Assembly (NCBI GenBank): GCA_002633005.1
Contig: NMRA01000272.1
Coordinates: 507,581 to 571,580, forward strand
DNA from: Phoronis australis
Taxonomy: Eukaryota; Animalia; Phoronida
Length of the DNA stretch: 64,000 nt
Reading direction: 5' to 3'
Shown here: piece by piece, positions 1-12,010 of the stretch
Layout of the letters: each line of letters opens with the position of its first letter
How positions within the stretch are numbered: position 1 is the stretch's first letter
Made by a program: the position numbers and the translations under genes
The notes under the pieces: model-generated
Told to the model about the DNA's origin: nothing
Seen by the model: the letters and a program-made list of their open reading frames with translations, nothing else
Database searches by the model: none

Positions 1-136
1 GTATATAATCCAGATCAGAACGCGAACTAGTTGACGTTGACGCTTCAATTAAAGTGGCATCAACGCATTGTCTTTTGAAATGATTTGATATTTTCCAATG
101 CTTGAAATTAACATTTATTCCTCTATTAATATCTAG

Positions 137-263
137 TTTTGACCGGAAAACAAAAACAAGAAGAAACGAAGGCGTCGAGTGGCACAGTTGTCGGGCTGTC
201 TGTTGCAATTCCTCTGGTCGGCGTTGTAATCATGGTTTTGCTTGGTGTCTGCATATACACTCG
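137..263 (+). CDS. Transmembrane-segment exon of a single-pass (type I) membrane protein; the gene starts upstream of the window
   Basis: Acceptor atctag|137 and donor 263|gtactt. Reads (x)LTGKQKQEETKASSGTVVGLSVAIPLVGVVIMVLLGVCIYT-R, a hydrophobic stretch of about 23 aa. Phase 1 in, phase 2 out, compatible with the exon at 2333. Not in the ORF track in this frame. Confidence 0.8.
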
Positions 264-684
264 GTACTTATGTTTTACGAATTATTGAAAGTACCTTAAC
301 AGGTTAAAGCGAACTCTCCTTCACCTTTGATTTAGATCCCCTACCATTATGAAATTAGTCTCAAACATTTTCTTTAGTAAAAAAGGGGTGTGTGACAGTT
401 CGTTATTGCTTGAGACACGACCCTACAAGCTGACTTGCCTCGGCGTGCCATTTTATTCGACCAGTAGTCGCGAACAGTAACGAATCGAATTGTCAATTCC
501 TTGCAGTGCCAAAATCACTTCTTATCTCGGTAAGAAACAAATCGAGGCCAGTTTTATAGCGGTGAGAAGTCTGAATAAAAGTTAGTTTCATCAGCGAATT
601 ACGCAGGTTTATTGACGGTGTAAATGATTACCTTTTTTGCATGTAACTAGGCTCATGCACAAGCCGCACTTAGATCCGGAATCA

Positions 685-1130
685 CATGGGCGACGCACCA
701 TAGGGGGCTGGGGGGAGGGGCTGAAGGCCCCACCTATTTCAGTTCTGGCTGCCCACGAATCAGGCGCCTGCTCCTATATCTGATCCGAACTGATTCTTCG
801 AATGAAAGCGCTCCCCATTTGTTATTCCTTTATATAATCTCAGCTGTTTGGTTCATGGAATGCAGTGAATAATCTTTTCGAACAAGAATACACGCCTAGT
901 TTGCAACTTAATTTTAAACACATTATTTGTTTTTTCAGTTGAAACCTCCTCATTTTCATTGATTTTACTGGGAAGGTTGATTAAATGATTTAAGTACAGT
1001 GGCAGATCTACGTTTTCAGAAAGGGGGGGGGTTAGGATTCGAGCGAATCCGAGGCGCGTAGCGCCGAGCTGAAGCAAGGCCGGAAGGTTCCCCCTCCCGT
1101 GGAAGATTTTTTGTGGTTTTTAGAAGCTGA
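685..1130. repeat. GC-rich MITE-like dispersed repeat in the receptor intron
   Basis: Begins catgggcgacgcaccataggggg, nearly identical to the element start at 26388. Contains G-runs typical of this repeat class. Confidence 0.45.
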
Positions 1131-2332
1131 TTTCATTTTTCTGGCGAAATTTTTATCAATTTTTATTTTTGATCCTGTCCCGTTTGTGAAACTAAAATTT
1201 CACTTGATGTACATNCGCCTCTGAAGTAAATTAAGAATTCCTTTAAGATGTATTTGCAAGCTCCTAACTATGCTAATGTATAGCAAGAAGTAAACGGCAA
1301 CTGTATTTGATTACTAACTACGCTAAATGAAGTGCAGTTGTATTCATTGACAACTTATGGATGAGAAAACTAGAAATTCTTCAAATAGGTGACCTTTGCA
1401 CTAATGACGTACATGTATCTTGGGGCTCACATAGCCCGCACCATGCAGTATTATTCCCCAACACCATGCCCCGGTTGAGTGATTTACGGCGGATCATTTT
1501 CTACACAAAACTCGTTCTTAAAAACATTTGGCAATTTTCAACGTACTTCATATCACATCGTCGCTTTATGTTATGTTTCTAACAAATTTGATCAAGCAAT
1601 GACAGAGGTTCGGAATTTGCGTGAAAGTTCCACTTTAACATCCTTCCAAACTCATGTCTAACCCATTTTGTAACAGAACTGGATTGCTGCCTGAGATCTT
1701 ATCTGAGTTATAACCTAGGCAATGAACGGTACTGTATATCACAGTCTCAAAAATGTTTCGCTTGGGCACGATTGTGCGCTTTGTCTAGGACAATACATGT
1801 GCTTGTATCCCCAATAAGGTATGCGCCTGTGCAAAGGACACCCACCTGCGCCTATATATGCGAAACTTAGGCACACGAGCCTTTTTGCGAGACATTTGAG
1901 TGAGCAACTTTCTTAGACGCATTGAGTCTAAATACGCGCATATACCGTAATGCCCTCATTTCTTTCCAGTCGTACAGTATACTAAAGTATTATATTCCGA
2001 CCGAATTAATTTCAGGACAAACTTTTGTATTAAATTGTTTCTTACTAGTTGTTTTGCAGTAGTTTAACACTTAATCTTAAACTGTGACTGAGTGCGACCT
2101 TGCATGGACACCTGTTAGTTGCATCTATTTTTTAAGTTACGCAATACCTATTATAGTCGAAATCTAACCATGTGGTGTCGCAATAACACAAACATGTAAA
2201 TAAATTTGAACGGCATTGAACGCAATTCCCTTCACTCAACAATCTCAAATCTCGAATGTATTAATGTGAATTAAAATCAGCTATCATGTCTTTGCCGGAT
2301 ATTCAAACTGGTATTTGTGCTCTGCGTTGCAG

Positions 2333-2585
2333 GAAACGACAAAAAACGAGAACAGCGGCGTCACCTGTTGTGGTTTTGCCGGATTTGCCGGTTGCCGCCG
2401 GCGCAACTTATGTTAATGAGGTTTACCAGCACTTCGCAAACGGCAATACGGCAACAAACGAAGATAAGCCCTTCAAAGGAGACGCCAATGAGCTGACAAA
2501 TGAACAAAACGAATATGCTGAAGTGATAAGCCAGAAGAGTGATACCAATGACAAAGATGGAGATTATGAGAGAGTAAAGGATTAG
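2333..2585 (+). CDS. Terminal coding exon: cytoplasmic tail with tyrosine motifs of the same membrane protein
   Basis: Acceptor gttgcag|2333; cg+g gives Arg. Then the basic stop-transfer KRQKTR, followed by TYVNEVYQHF, NEYAEV and GDYERV, with stop TAG at 2583-2585. Confidence 0.8.
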
Positions 2586-3389
2586 AGAGACTTAATCACG
2601 GTAACCGGATGAATATATAAATTTTGATGAGCAAACTTTAAAAATCCGGGAAGAAACGTTTAAAATCCCATGCAAAGCCATTTTGGAAACCACTGTTTTG
2701 TTTCATGTTTTGAAATATATGTTTGTTGAGGGAAACTTTCCGCATCTATTGCAAATGGCAGATTTTCATTTCAATCTAACTTTAAATGACATGTATTGAG
2801 GTTGGAAAACACGCAGAAATACACGTAGTTTTTAGCCTAAGACATACACTGTTAGACAAGGGATAGATGTCTGAACTTATTAGTGAATCTTTGTCGCATG
2901 TGCCTATAAGGAGAACACTTGAACCACAGTTTTTGGAAAAACACTTTATTTTGGACTTAGGCGCACGGGCCTAAAAGCGTGCATATACCATGTGAAATTT
3001 ATAATGGATACAAAGCATAGTGCTCAGTTTTTTTAATAACACCATGTTCATGGTTTTACCTCGGAGAAAGTTTTTACAAAACTTTTTATGTTTTGAGATC
3101 ATGATAAGAACCTTTTCACCTTCACTGATGAGAGCGCCGATCGTACTGTGCTTCATACATGTACAAGAAAGCTAACTCACATGAGCTGGGACATTTGCAA
3201 CCTGGTAACTCAAACACTGTACTGGTCCTTTATAGAATGAACTGTCTGGGCCGCCAGTAGTCAGAATTCCGTTAGGCCAACTGGACGACCCAAATTACAA
3301 TGTTCCGATTTGGCCCGGATTCGCTATACGCCGGGCCGGAACACGAACACAAAACGTCGAAGTGTGCACTGCAGATCTTTTGTAGCCAG

Positions 3390-5600
3390 CCAGCTAGTTG
3401 TTTGAAGACTATCGCCAAAATACAGCTAGGTACAACTTAGGCAGCCAGCAAGTTTAGTGAAAACTATATTTAGTATAGGCTACAGCTTTGCGCCAAGGCT
3501 AGGTACCACTGTGAGCTGAGCTCCGTTAGACTACGAAATTTCATACAGGCCGGGTATGAGTTCTATTAGTCACCTCGTCGTTGAAAAGTATATGACAGAG
3601 CCAACGACCTGAACGACCAACGGGGTACATGCAAAATCTGGGAGATAATTCCGACACTCACCTTGCCCGTTGCCAGCCGTTTAAATGAAAAACAATCTAA
3701 TAAACGTCATTTCTAGCATAATTCTCCACCTTTTGAGTTTTGTAACAAAGAAAGTCTGTCGTCGTTTTCATAACATTAGGCTCGTGACGCGCGCACGCGC
3801 CGTCCTAAAATTTTGCGACCTCTCTTAGGAGATGATGACAGCTTCACAGCAGCAAAGTTTGTTCTAAAATTCGGTTTCCTGGCCTTAAAATTACTAAAAA
3901 CTTGTAACGAAACATAACGAAGCCTGCGCGCACCCAGCCTTTAATATGGGGGGAATCGAATTTCTAACGGTGTGTACCTTTTGCTAACAAAAAAGCGGGA
4001 GGACTGAAAAAACAATAAAAACGGGAAAACGGGTGCACCACCTTCAGAACTGTGAGCTGTGCGTCTGCGCCTTTTTAGTGGACTTTTGCCTCGTTTTCTC
4101 GGACCTTTTGTTTCTCCGAGGCGGACCTTTTTGCCCACTTCGCCAAGGGGCGGGGGGTTGGGGGCTCGTTCGAGCTCATCGGGCTCCCCTGTGTGCTCGA
4201 ATGCAAAATGAAACCAGTTCCGACAATTTGTTATAACAGGTACACAACCTCGTGGCAGAGAAGAACAGTTGATAGAAGAATGAACGGGAGAAGGTCAGGT
4301 CAGGTGACGTAATCGCCGAAAGCCGACTCACAAGAGAGCACAATTTTTTTCATATTTTTATTTTGCTTTAGCATGAAAATTACATGTCACCGAAAACAAT
4401 ACAGTATACATCATTTACAACGAATAACATTAAACCACTAGTCAACAAGTACCGTAAATTTATGAACATTTGGAAATGTAGATTTTTTTAACGAACTTTT
4501 TGCTAGCATGATCAACAGATTAATGTTACAATTTTCCGACTAAATGTTTCCCAAAAACTAAAAAACATTGTTATTTTGTCCAAATAAAAATTTACATGAT
4601 ATGTTTGTTTTAACCACTCAGCAAAAAAGAACCAGAAACCGGAGACAAGACGACACTCTCAAAACAGATCGACGGAAGTTTAATTGTGTTCACCACAGAA
4701 AGAGCATAAGTCACTTGTTTTTATTTTAATTTTATGTAAATAATTATTGCTTGGCAATATTCTGTGAATTAAACGGTATTGGAACCAATGCAAGTTTGTA
4801 CAATTGAAGGGGAGTTTATTTACTTTTCTCCACCATGTATCAGAATTACTAAAATTTACATTATTTGGAACACCATTTACATGTATATCTATCTCAGATC
4901 ACCACTTGCTTTTATATTTACAAACTGTCTGAAGAGACTGTTCTAAGGTGTCATAAATATTTACCGCTTGCTATTTATTATGCAAAATTTTATAGATATA
5001 ACGGGTAAAATTTGGTAAAAAGATATTGTTTTGTCTATTCTTAAGACCCGTGTACCCTGCATAGGTTGCACTTCTTAATCGATAGAATTCTAGTATTGGA
5101 GGTTGAAAGTTGTAACTATTACAAAGTTCTTCATGTGACATAAAAGAACCTTCAGCATTAAACAAATCACACACACGACAGACTCCCCTTTCATTCCAGG
5201 TCTTGTAGAAAATAGAATTTCTACTGAGTTTAATCTTTGAATTATACCACACAGCAGAGTAAATATTTTCATTTTTGTCACACATTTGAAACAGGAGCAC
5301 AACATCGCTTAAAACTTCCTTCCAGAACAGATTATCGGTTCCTTCAGCTAATTTTTTAAGGAAAGCGTCTCCCATTTTAAAAAAGTTATCAACCCAAAAC
5401 TGCCTCGACCTCTTCAATTTTAGCAGTAGGCCAGATGAGCGGTAGAACGACGCCAACACCGGTAAATAATTTAGTTTACTCAAAGAAGAGCGGTGTAGCT
5501 TTTAATGACACTACTTTTGTGTAAGATTTTATTTAGTCATTTTTACCCACATCGGCGCAAAGCTGTAGATGTTGTATACAGCTTTGCTAGAACTGATCTT
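3390..5600. mobile_element. Old dispersed repeat (paralogue of 32515-33320) interrupted by a ~300 bp insert and by a LINE
   Basis: Colinear similarity blocks: 3500-3905 with 32538-32955, 4205-4340 with 32957-33105, and 5422-5590 with 33113-33315. The stretch ggtcaggtgacgtaatcgc..aaagccgactca occurs in both copies. Confidence 0.7.
4348..5414 (-). mobile_element. 5'-truncated L1/Tx1-type LINE (ORF2 C-terminal half with zf-RVT-like region), decayed
   Basis: FWKEVL...VWYNSKI...FYKTWNERGVCRVCDLFNAEGSFMSHEEL. After stops and frameshifts, LHWFQYRLIHRILPSNNYL...LCSFCGEH...EC. T-rich tail at 4343-4365 and CAATTTT direct repeats at 4341-4347 and 5415-5421. Confidence 0.8.
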
Positions 5601-7879
5601 ACTGATCGGGAATTTTGCCGCTAGTCCTTGTATGTATTCGATGCAGGGCATATGACGGGATCGGCGGGGAAGTTGCACAGATGACAAGGCCGCTTCATTG
5701 CTGCATCCGTACGCATCGTAGCATTTTAGCTGAGAAACCCGATAGAGAATCCTGCACGAGTCTCAGGTTGATATGACTTGGGCAAAACCTCAGTCTTGGA
5801 AATTTCGTCAAAATTCCTCGGCAAGCCTTGGGATTTTGACAAAATTTCCGAGAGATTTTGCCCATGTCATTAACCTGACACAAGTGTCGGATTTGTTCTC
5901 ACATGAACCGTACAAACAATATTTTTTGCCGAAAAACTCGACGTGTCTAAAACTTTCAAAACTACATGACGATACTTCTGTAAAAACACGCTTGCGCAAC
6001 GTAAAGTAAACTCAATTACTTTTTGTTAATAGTTTTATTTTAAACTTAATTGTAAATTGCATTCATATTTCGTAACAAATATTCAAGTTAGAATGTAAAA
6101 AAAAATGGTTTTTGAAGTTGTAATATTAATTAAACTTAACAAATGTTTATAAAAAAAACAGTCAGCAGGGCTTACCCGCGCGTGACTAATGAATTGACCT
6201 TGAGACAGCACAGCTAGACAGTCTCACCGCGTTTCTTGAGTTGGGCTTCGTCTCCGTTTGAATGAACAAGGATATAGAATTCGCCGCCAAAGATGGGTTC
6301 GTTTAAGAAGTTGTTTGCATGTCCTAACGACTGGGAGTACGTACATTTGCAACAACCGATATGTCAATCAGAACTTTGTCACCTTCTCGGAATTCCGGGA
6401 TTGTTTGGTTCGAGCGCGTTTGGTTGTTTTATTGTTTTGCAGACAATAAAATGTAAGGCGTATGTATTTCTACTTTGCACTACTTTGTGATTCGCCCAAT
6501 GTAATGTCGAAACAATTACGTACTCGGTGTTATTAACATGTCGTGTCCTAACACATTTCAGGTCATGTGAGAAATAGCTAGCCTACGTCAAAGAAATGTC
6601 ACTCGGCTGTAACGCAGTGAGGCTAGGAGAAATTTCGTGGGCACGATGATGTCATATGTACCACTTTACTCTTATTGGTTGAGAATTTCTCTGGGGGCGC
6701 ACGAAGGGGTAACGAATTATGGGTGGTGTAATTTACGTCGCAATAAATTACTTTCTGTGGTATGAAAGTAACAGAAGCAATATTTTATAAAATAATTGTA
6801 TTTCTGGTGTCAAGAAGGTGTTTTGGACGCTGGAGGCTATCTTTAAGATCAAATGCAATTGTAAAAAATCTTCATGAAGTAAAGGACGGTGTGACTTTGC
6901 TCAGTAATGGCTTATGGTTTCACGGGCCCCTAAGGTAGAAAATTATGAGTGCTCTAGTCATTACACTGAATCCCTCTTTCACAATTGTTAACTGCCCCTC
7001 GGTCGTCACAACTTTCGAGGGTTCCCAGTTGCGACGAGACGAGACACCATCCCCGTCATCACTCCTCCTTGTTCATACATTTTTTCAGCTTCCCCCGCAG
7101 CTTACACGGATTGACGGGCAACTCTGACGGGCTATCTTGCGATTCGGCATATTAGCATCGGTTGAAGGCTTTCATTCGCATATTAGCAGCTACTCAGGGA
7201 TTCTTCACACTTAGAACACTATAGGGGCGCCACTTACACGGAATGGCGGACTTCTCTGAGTCGGGCTGGTAGTATGCGATTGGCGAAAAGGCCACGCTTC
7301 TTTTCCCTACTACACCCGGAAGAGCTGGGTTCTGTGCGCGCGCAGGGAGGTCAAGTAGGTGACCTCTGCTCGTGTCAGTCAGAGTAGGTGACCTCTAACC
7401 GCGTAATCTTTGTTTACTTCCGCAAGTTGAGCAGTTCGTTTCACATTATTAGATCGTTTTGCAACCTAACTCAGGTGCGTTATCTGATGTATTTTCTGAA
7501 AATGTCAACATCACACAATATTTTATTATGTACATTAGACCTAATATTTGATTACACTTTCATTCTTTTATTTATTTATTTGTACCGATATAATTTTAGG
7601 CCTATATACGTAAAATGGGGGTAGTCTGGCCCGTCATGTTGTTTTCCATGGACATACAGACAACACTTAAACGATCAATGATGAATATGAAACTGACATG
7701 GGAAGACTGATGAAACAAAATGAATAATAAACAAATTATAAATAGATGATACTAAAATTATGAGAGAATTAACATGAATAAATAATGTCTTCATAAATGA
7801 TTAAAAGTAGTTAATAAAAGTACATGAAATCATGTATATCATCATGTATATAGATAAAAAATAGGTTGGTCTGAGGATA

Positions 7880-8200
7880 TTTAAGGCACATTTGGTACAC
7901 AGAACACTTCTGATTAAATGATTTTTTACCAGTTTCATTTCGGGTTTTTGAGCAAATTGAAATTGGATGGCTGTTAGACCCTATGTCATCGTGTATTATC
8001 ATTATTCCCATCTCCATATTGAGGTTTTCAATATTAATATATCTCACACCAACTCCCAGAATAATGCGTGCAGCCATATTTTTAATAGCCTGACAGTTTT
8101 CATATCCATGTAAGATGCAGCGCCCCACACCGGGAGGCAGTAATCCAGGTGAGCTTGAATGACGATTGTGTTGAAAAGGGTTTTCAGTGTCAAAATAATA
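7880..8200 (-). mobile_element. L2/CR1-group LINE remnant (region C-terminal to RT)
   Basis: Frameshifted LKTLFNTIVIQAHLDYCLPVWG then IKNMAARIILG...LNMEMG. This matches the LDYC..VW / QN.AARII.G motifs of L2/CR1 ORF2. Confidence 0.6.
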
Positions 8201-8383
8201 CACCCACATAATTTGAACATTGAGGGTTGTGCATGTCCGCAGAGGCAGATCTATACAGNGCGCCACTTACTTGGAATGACTGGCTATATTCTGCGCTACT
8301 CGGCTTGCGATAGAGCTATAGCACACGATCTGCCATAATTCTCAAGACGATGCAACACATACATACACAACCCTCTCTCCAAG

Positions 8384-8683
8384 ATGGCGGCTGAGTCCAG
8401 TGATCTTGGCGCTAAGCAGCGTAAACAAAGTACTCACCACGAACACTGTTGCGTGCCGAAGTGTGTGAATGATAAGCGAAAGCAACCAGAATTGTATTTT
8501 CTCTTCTTCCCAACTTACGGGACGCTAAAGAAGGTATACATTCACGAAATACGACGGGATCCTGGACCTCGTTACAAGATTTTTCGCCGACTTGATTGTT
8601 TGCAATCGAGCGATTTTGAGATTCGGGTCGAGATATTACCATCGTCGATTTACCGGGATTCATTTGCGTGTTCCATTCGTTAG
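8384..8683 (+). pseudogene. Degenerate THAP zinc-finger ORF, probably from a DNA transposon
   Basis: HCCVPKCVN...LYFLFFP...HEIRRDPG fits the THAP CxVxxCxN / FxxFP / IRR pattern. The conserved W and the final CSxHF motif are eroded. Confidence 0.55.
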
Positions 8684-11600
8684 ATTACTTTTGTTATGTC
8701 GGGAAAACACTCGCTTGGGCGCTTGTTCTGTTCTGTGCTTGAGCATTTAGTCCTGGTCAGTTAAGCCGCGGTTTCTCTTCTGAACACTGCTACTAGTACT
8801 GACTCAGTTATGGAAGCACCGGGTGCGGTATTCTTAGTAACGATTTTCTATGAATGCTTGAGTACAAATCATTTCAGCTATCAATTAAATTAATCAATCA
8901 ATCAATTAATGTGTATTAATAATCTCTATGTCCTCATAAAATACACGTATTTTTAGATTTCATTATCAACCTTTGTCTGCAGTTCACATTTCACTTCTGG
9001 TGACTTCAAGTTCTCACTTGCTGGTAGAAAACTGCTAAAAGAGTGCTTTCCCTGTCTATGTTTAGAAACAGTTGATGTAAAATCTCGAAATATGTTAAAT
9101 TAATAACGCAACCAATTTCCCAAACACGGTTTTGCAACGTTTAGACTGGTCGCAGTACTCGTGTTTTTCAAATTTTACTATCAAGTCTCGCAACGTGCGA
9201 ACTTTCTTCCGCTTTTATTCAAGTGATGAAAAGAACTTGTAACCTCGTCTAAACGCAGTTTGCGAAACATTCTTTGTCTTCGTCCAATATTTCTCTACCT
9301 GCTTAAACGTCATTTTTGGTCGTGTCTTTCAACGACTTTGACCAAACTTTTACCATTGTTTACTTGAACAGATTAAGCAGACGTGTATGTAACCTCGTTT
9401 TGAAATCTGGTAGTCGGAAGTGTGCATGTTAATGATATATATATACAGATTATTACATGGCGAAGTCGTTATCCCCCGTTATCTAGAGCCCGAGTGGATT
9501 TTGGAGAATTATCGCCCGAGGGGCGTACTGAACGAGAAACATTGCAATGAATCGATCTACCTTTCTCGACTTGCCTCGGCTTTGTAACTACTTTCTATGT
9601 CAGAGGCCCGGGGTCGGAGGTCGTGACCTTTTAAGAAAAGCCGAGCTATTTTTGTCAAATAATGCTTATACTCAAAACCAATTGTGAGATAACTTTATGG
9701 GTTATTACACGGTTGTATCTGCCATTCGAGGCTAATATTGTGGTATAAATATAGATCATTACATGGCGAAGTCGTTATCTAGAGCCCGAAACCCCTCGGG
9801 TGTTATTGTCTAAGGGCAACTGGCTCCCTGCTGGCGTGACCCCCCAAAGATTAGCGACGCCGACCTGCCGTTTGTAGGGCTGTCGCGAACGTTTGCAAGT
9901 GCTGATAATTGTGATCGCCTCTCCTTGCTGACTTCCTAGATCCTCCAGCATCGACTACACCTTTAGCTATTTCTCTAAAATAACATTTTATGTAAAACCA
10001 ATCGTCATGCTTACATCCAGCTGGTGCAGAGCCGATGAAGATGAGAATGGCAATAGTCTTGATGTTGCGTGTGTTGCGTAAGTAATTAATTAACCTATCG
10101 CAAGCACCGCCCCCTTGCGAAAAGTCACGCGACACCCGACAAACAAACAAGATGTCGGAGGCAAATACATGTACTACACAGTCGCCAAACGACGTTCCTA
10201 GTTGAAATCGATAAGTGATTTTTGCACTGTCCGAAAACGCTTCGACAAAGACAGTCAAAATCCTGGCGACAGGTCAATTGGCGACCTTCCACGAGACTTA
10301 ATGGAAAAACATCTCCGTGACGCGCAAGCATTCTCGTGTAATTCATTGCTCTGGTTTAGTTTCTAGGAACTTTTTGTTCACCTTGTCAATAGTCCGGCTT
10401 TCGTATTGAGCGGTCCAAGTATTATTGGGAGAATGTTGTAGCAACACGCTACTTTAGTATTGAACCATACTTTTGTTATAAGACGACGAAGTACGGACTT
10501 CGCGATAGGCAAACACGATATCAAGAATGCATTCGACAATAATGTGAAAAAATTCTAAAACACTGAATTCCGTTGTACAGTAAGTCGTTCTGAACCTAAT
10601 ATTTAGCGCTGTTACCTCGATACGACTATTTAAAGTTGCCCTTACATGGATAATGTATGATTTAATTTATTTGTATGTGACTTGATAAAATAATTTTGAA
10701 GCACCCAACTTAATCTATTCGTTGATTTTTAGAGAACACTATACGAACTTTCCTTTGACAGTCTTCGTATTTATACATTTACAGTAAAAATATTTGGTTA
10801 CTTGTGCATTTATAAACTGACCGAGAAAAGTAACCTGACTTCATCGAAAAAGTAATGCACCGATAATGTAATGGAACTCCATTCGTGGTACAGGAATTGC
10901 AAGTGAAATTCTGTGAGATATTACTGGACGCCATACAACTAAAACATTGATAAAAAAAATTAAACGCACAAAACGAAAATGGTGTATTGATGAGCCAGAT
11001 GAGTTAGCTCAGTCCAATAACAAGAACGGAGAAGATTTCCACGTCAAAGTAAAATATTTATTGAAGTCATGATAACTTTAGTCATTAACTTTGTAAATAC
11101 AATGTACAAGGTGCAAAAATTTTGAGAAGCGGTGCCAGGCGAAGCAGATCTGCAAAATATCCACGAAATATACTAGCAAACAAACAAGTGTTTAAATAAA
11201 AAACTTTGCAAATGGGATTGATGCAAAACAGAATGAAAACAAGAAAGGAGAACGTCTTCACGTCAAAGAATAGTGCAAGTGGTCTGATACACGTTGCATC
11301 AGACATGTGCAGGCCGCTCATTCGGGCACATTGCACCAAACACATATGGACATGCGCACAAATTAAGACTGAGATGAGGAGCTAGAGACCTGACGCAAGG
11401 GTCTAGAAGTGTGGTACACTGGGATTTGAGCCTAGCCTTTGTTCAGGAGGCAAACACAAAGCCAACTATTTCACACTGCATCCTTACCAAATAATGGAGT
11501 AGCTAATAAAATATTCTTTGCAAGTGACACAGCAGAATATTGTCAACAAATTATTGTCTTTAAAATAAAACCATAAATTACTGCGATATCATGTTGTAAT

Positions 11601-11873
11601 GCTCGTTTCAAGTTTGATTTCGTAAATGTTGATATCGCAAAGTTAATTGCAACTATCCATGAGAAAAATAAAGATTTTACATAGTTGCTTTATGGATCAA
11701 GAAATTGGATATTTCTAGTTTCAATTTCAATGTTTTAGTATTTGGCATTTCTTTCATCGGCGCTTTTAAAGAAAGATTTAAAACACGGCATTAAAATACA
11801 AGTACTTTCATGCTACAGGTTAAGAAAACTGTAGTTTCACAACTTCATTGAAGATTCTTCTGAGTCGTTGTGT

Positions 11874-12010
11874 TTAGTCTGTACTTAGATGAACTTCTGA
11901 TATTTCAAAATTACTGGAACTTAACCAGCCCGTGTAGCAGTCGCCAGGGCCCTCCACTTTGAATGCCACCGTCGTGCTTCCTCGATGCGGCAGCTCACAC
12001 ATCCCTTCAA
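11874..12010 (-). CDS. Exon 11 (terminal): CTHRC1-like repeat 3, part C
   Basis: Acceptor tattttgcag. Reads (V)EGMCELPHRGSTTVAFKVEGPGDCYTGWLSSSNFEISEVHLSTD*, resembling VEGLCEG...GDASTGWNSVSRIIIEEL of vertebrate CTHRC1. Not in the ORF track. Confidence 0.88.

Noticed and set aside
9851-10346. 135 aa and 73 aa overlapping ORFs as a gene
   Set aside because: No recognisable domain or consistent splice structure, and they lie in repeat-rich intergenic DNA.
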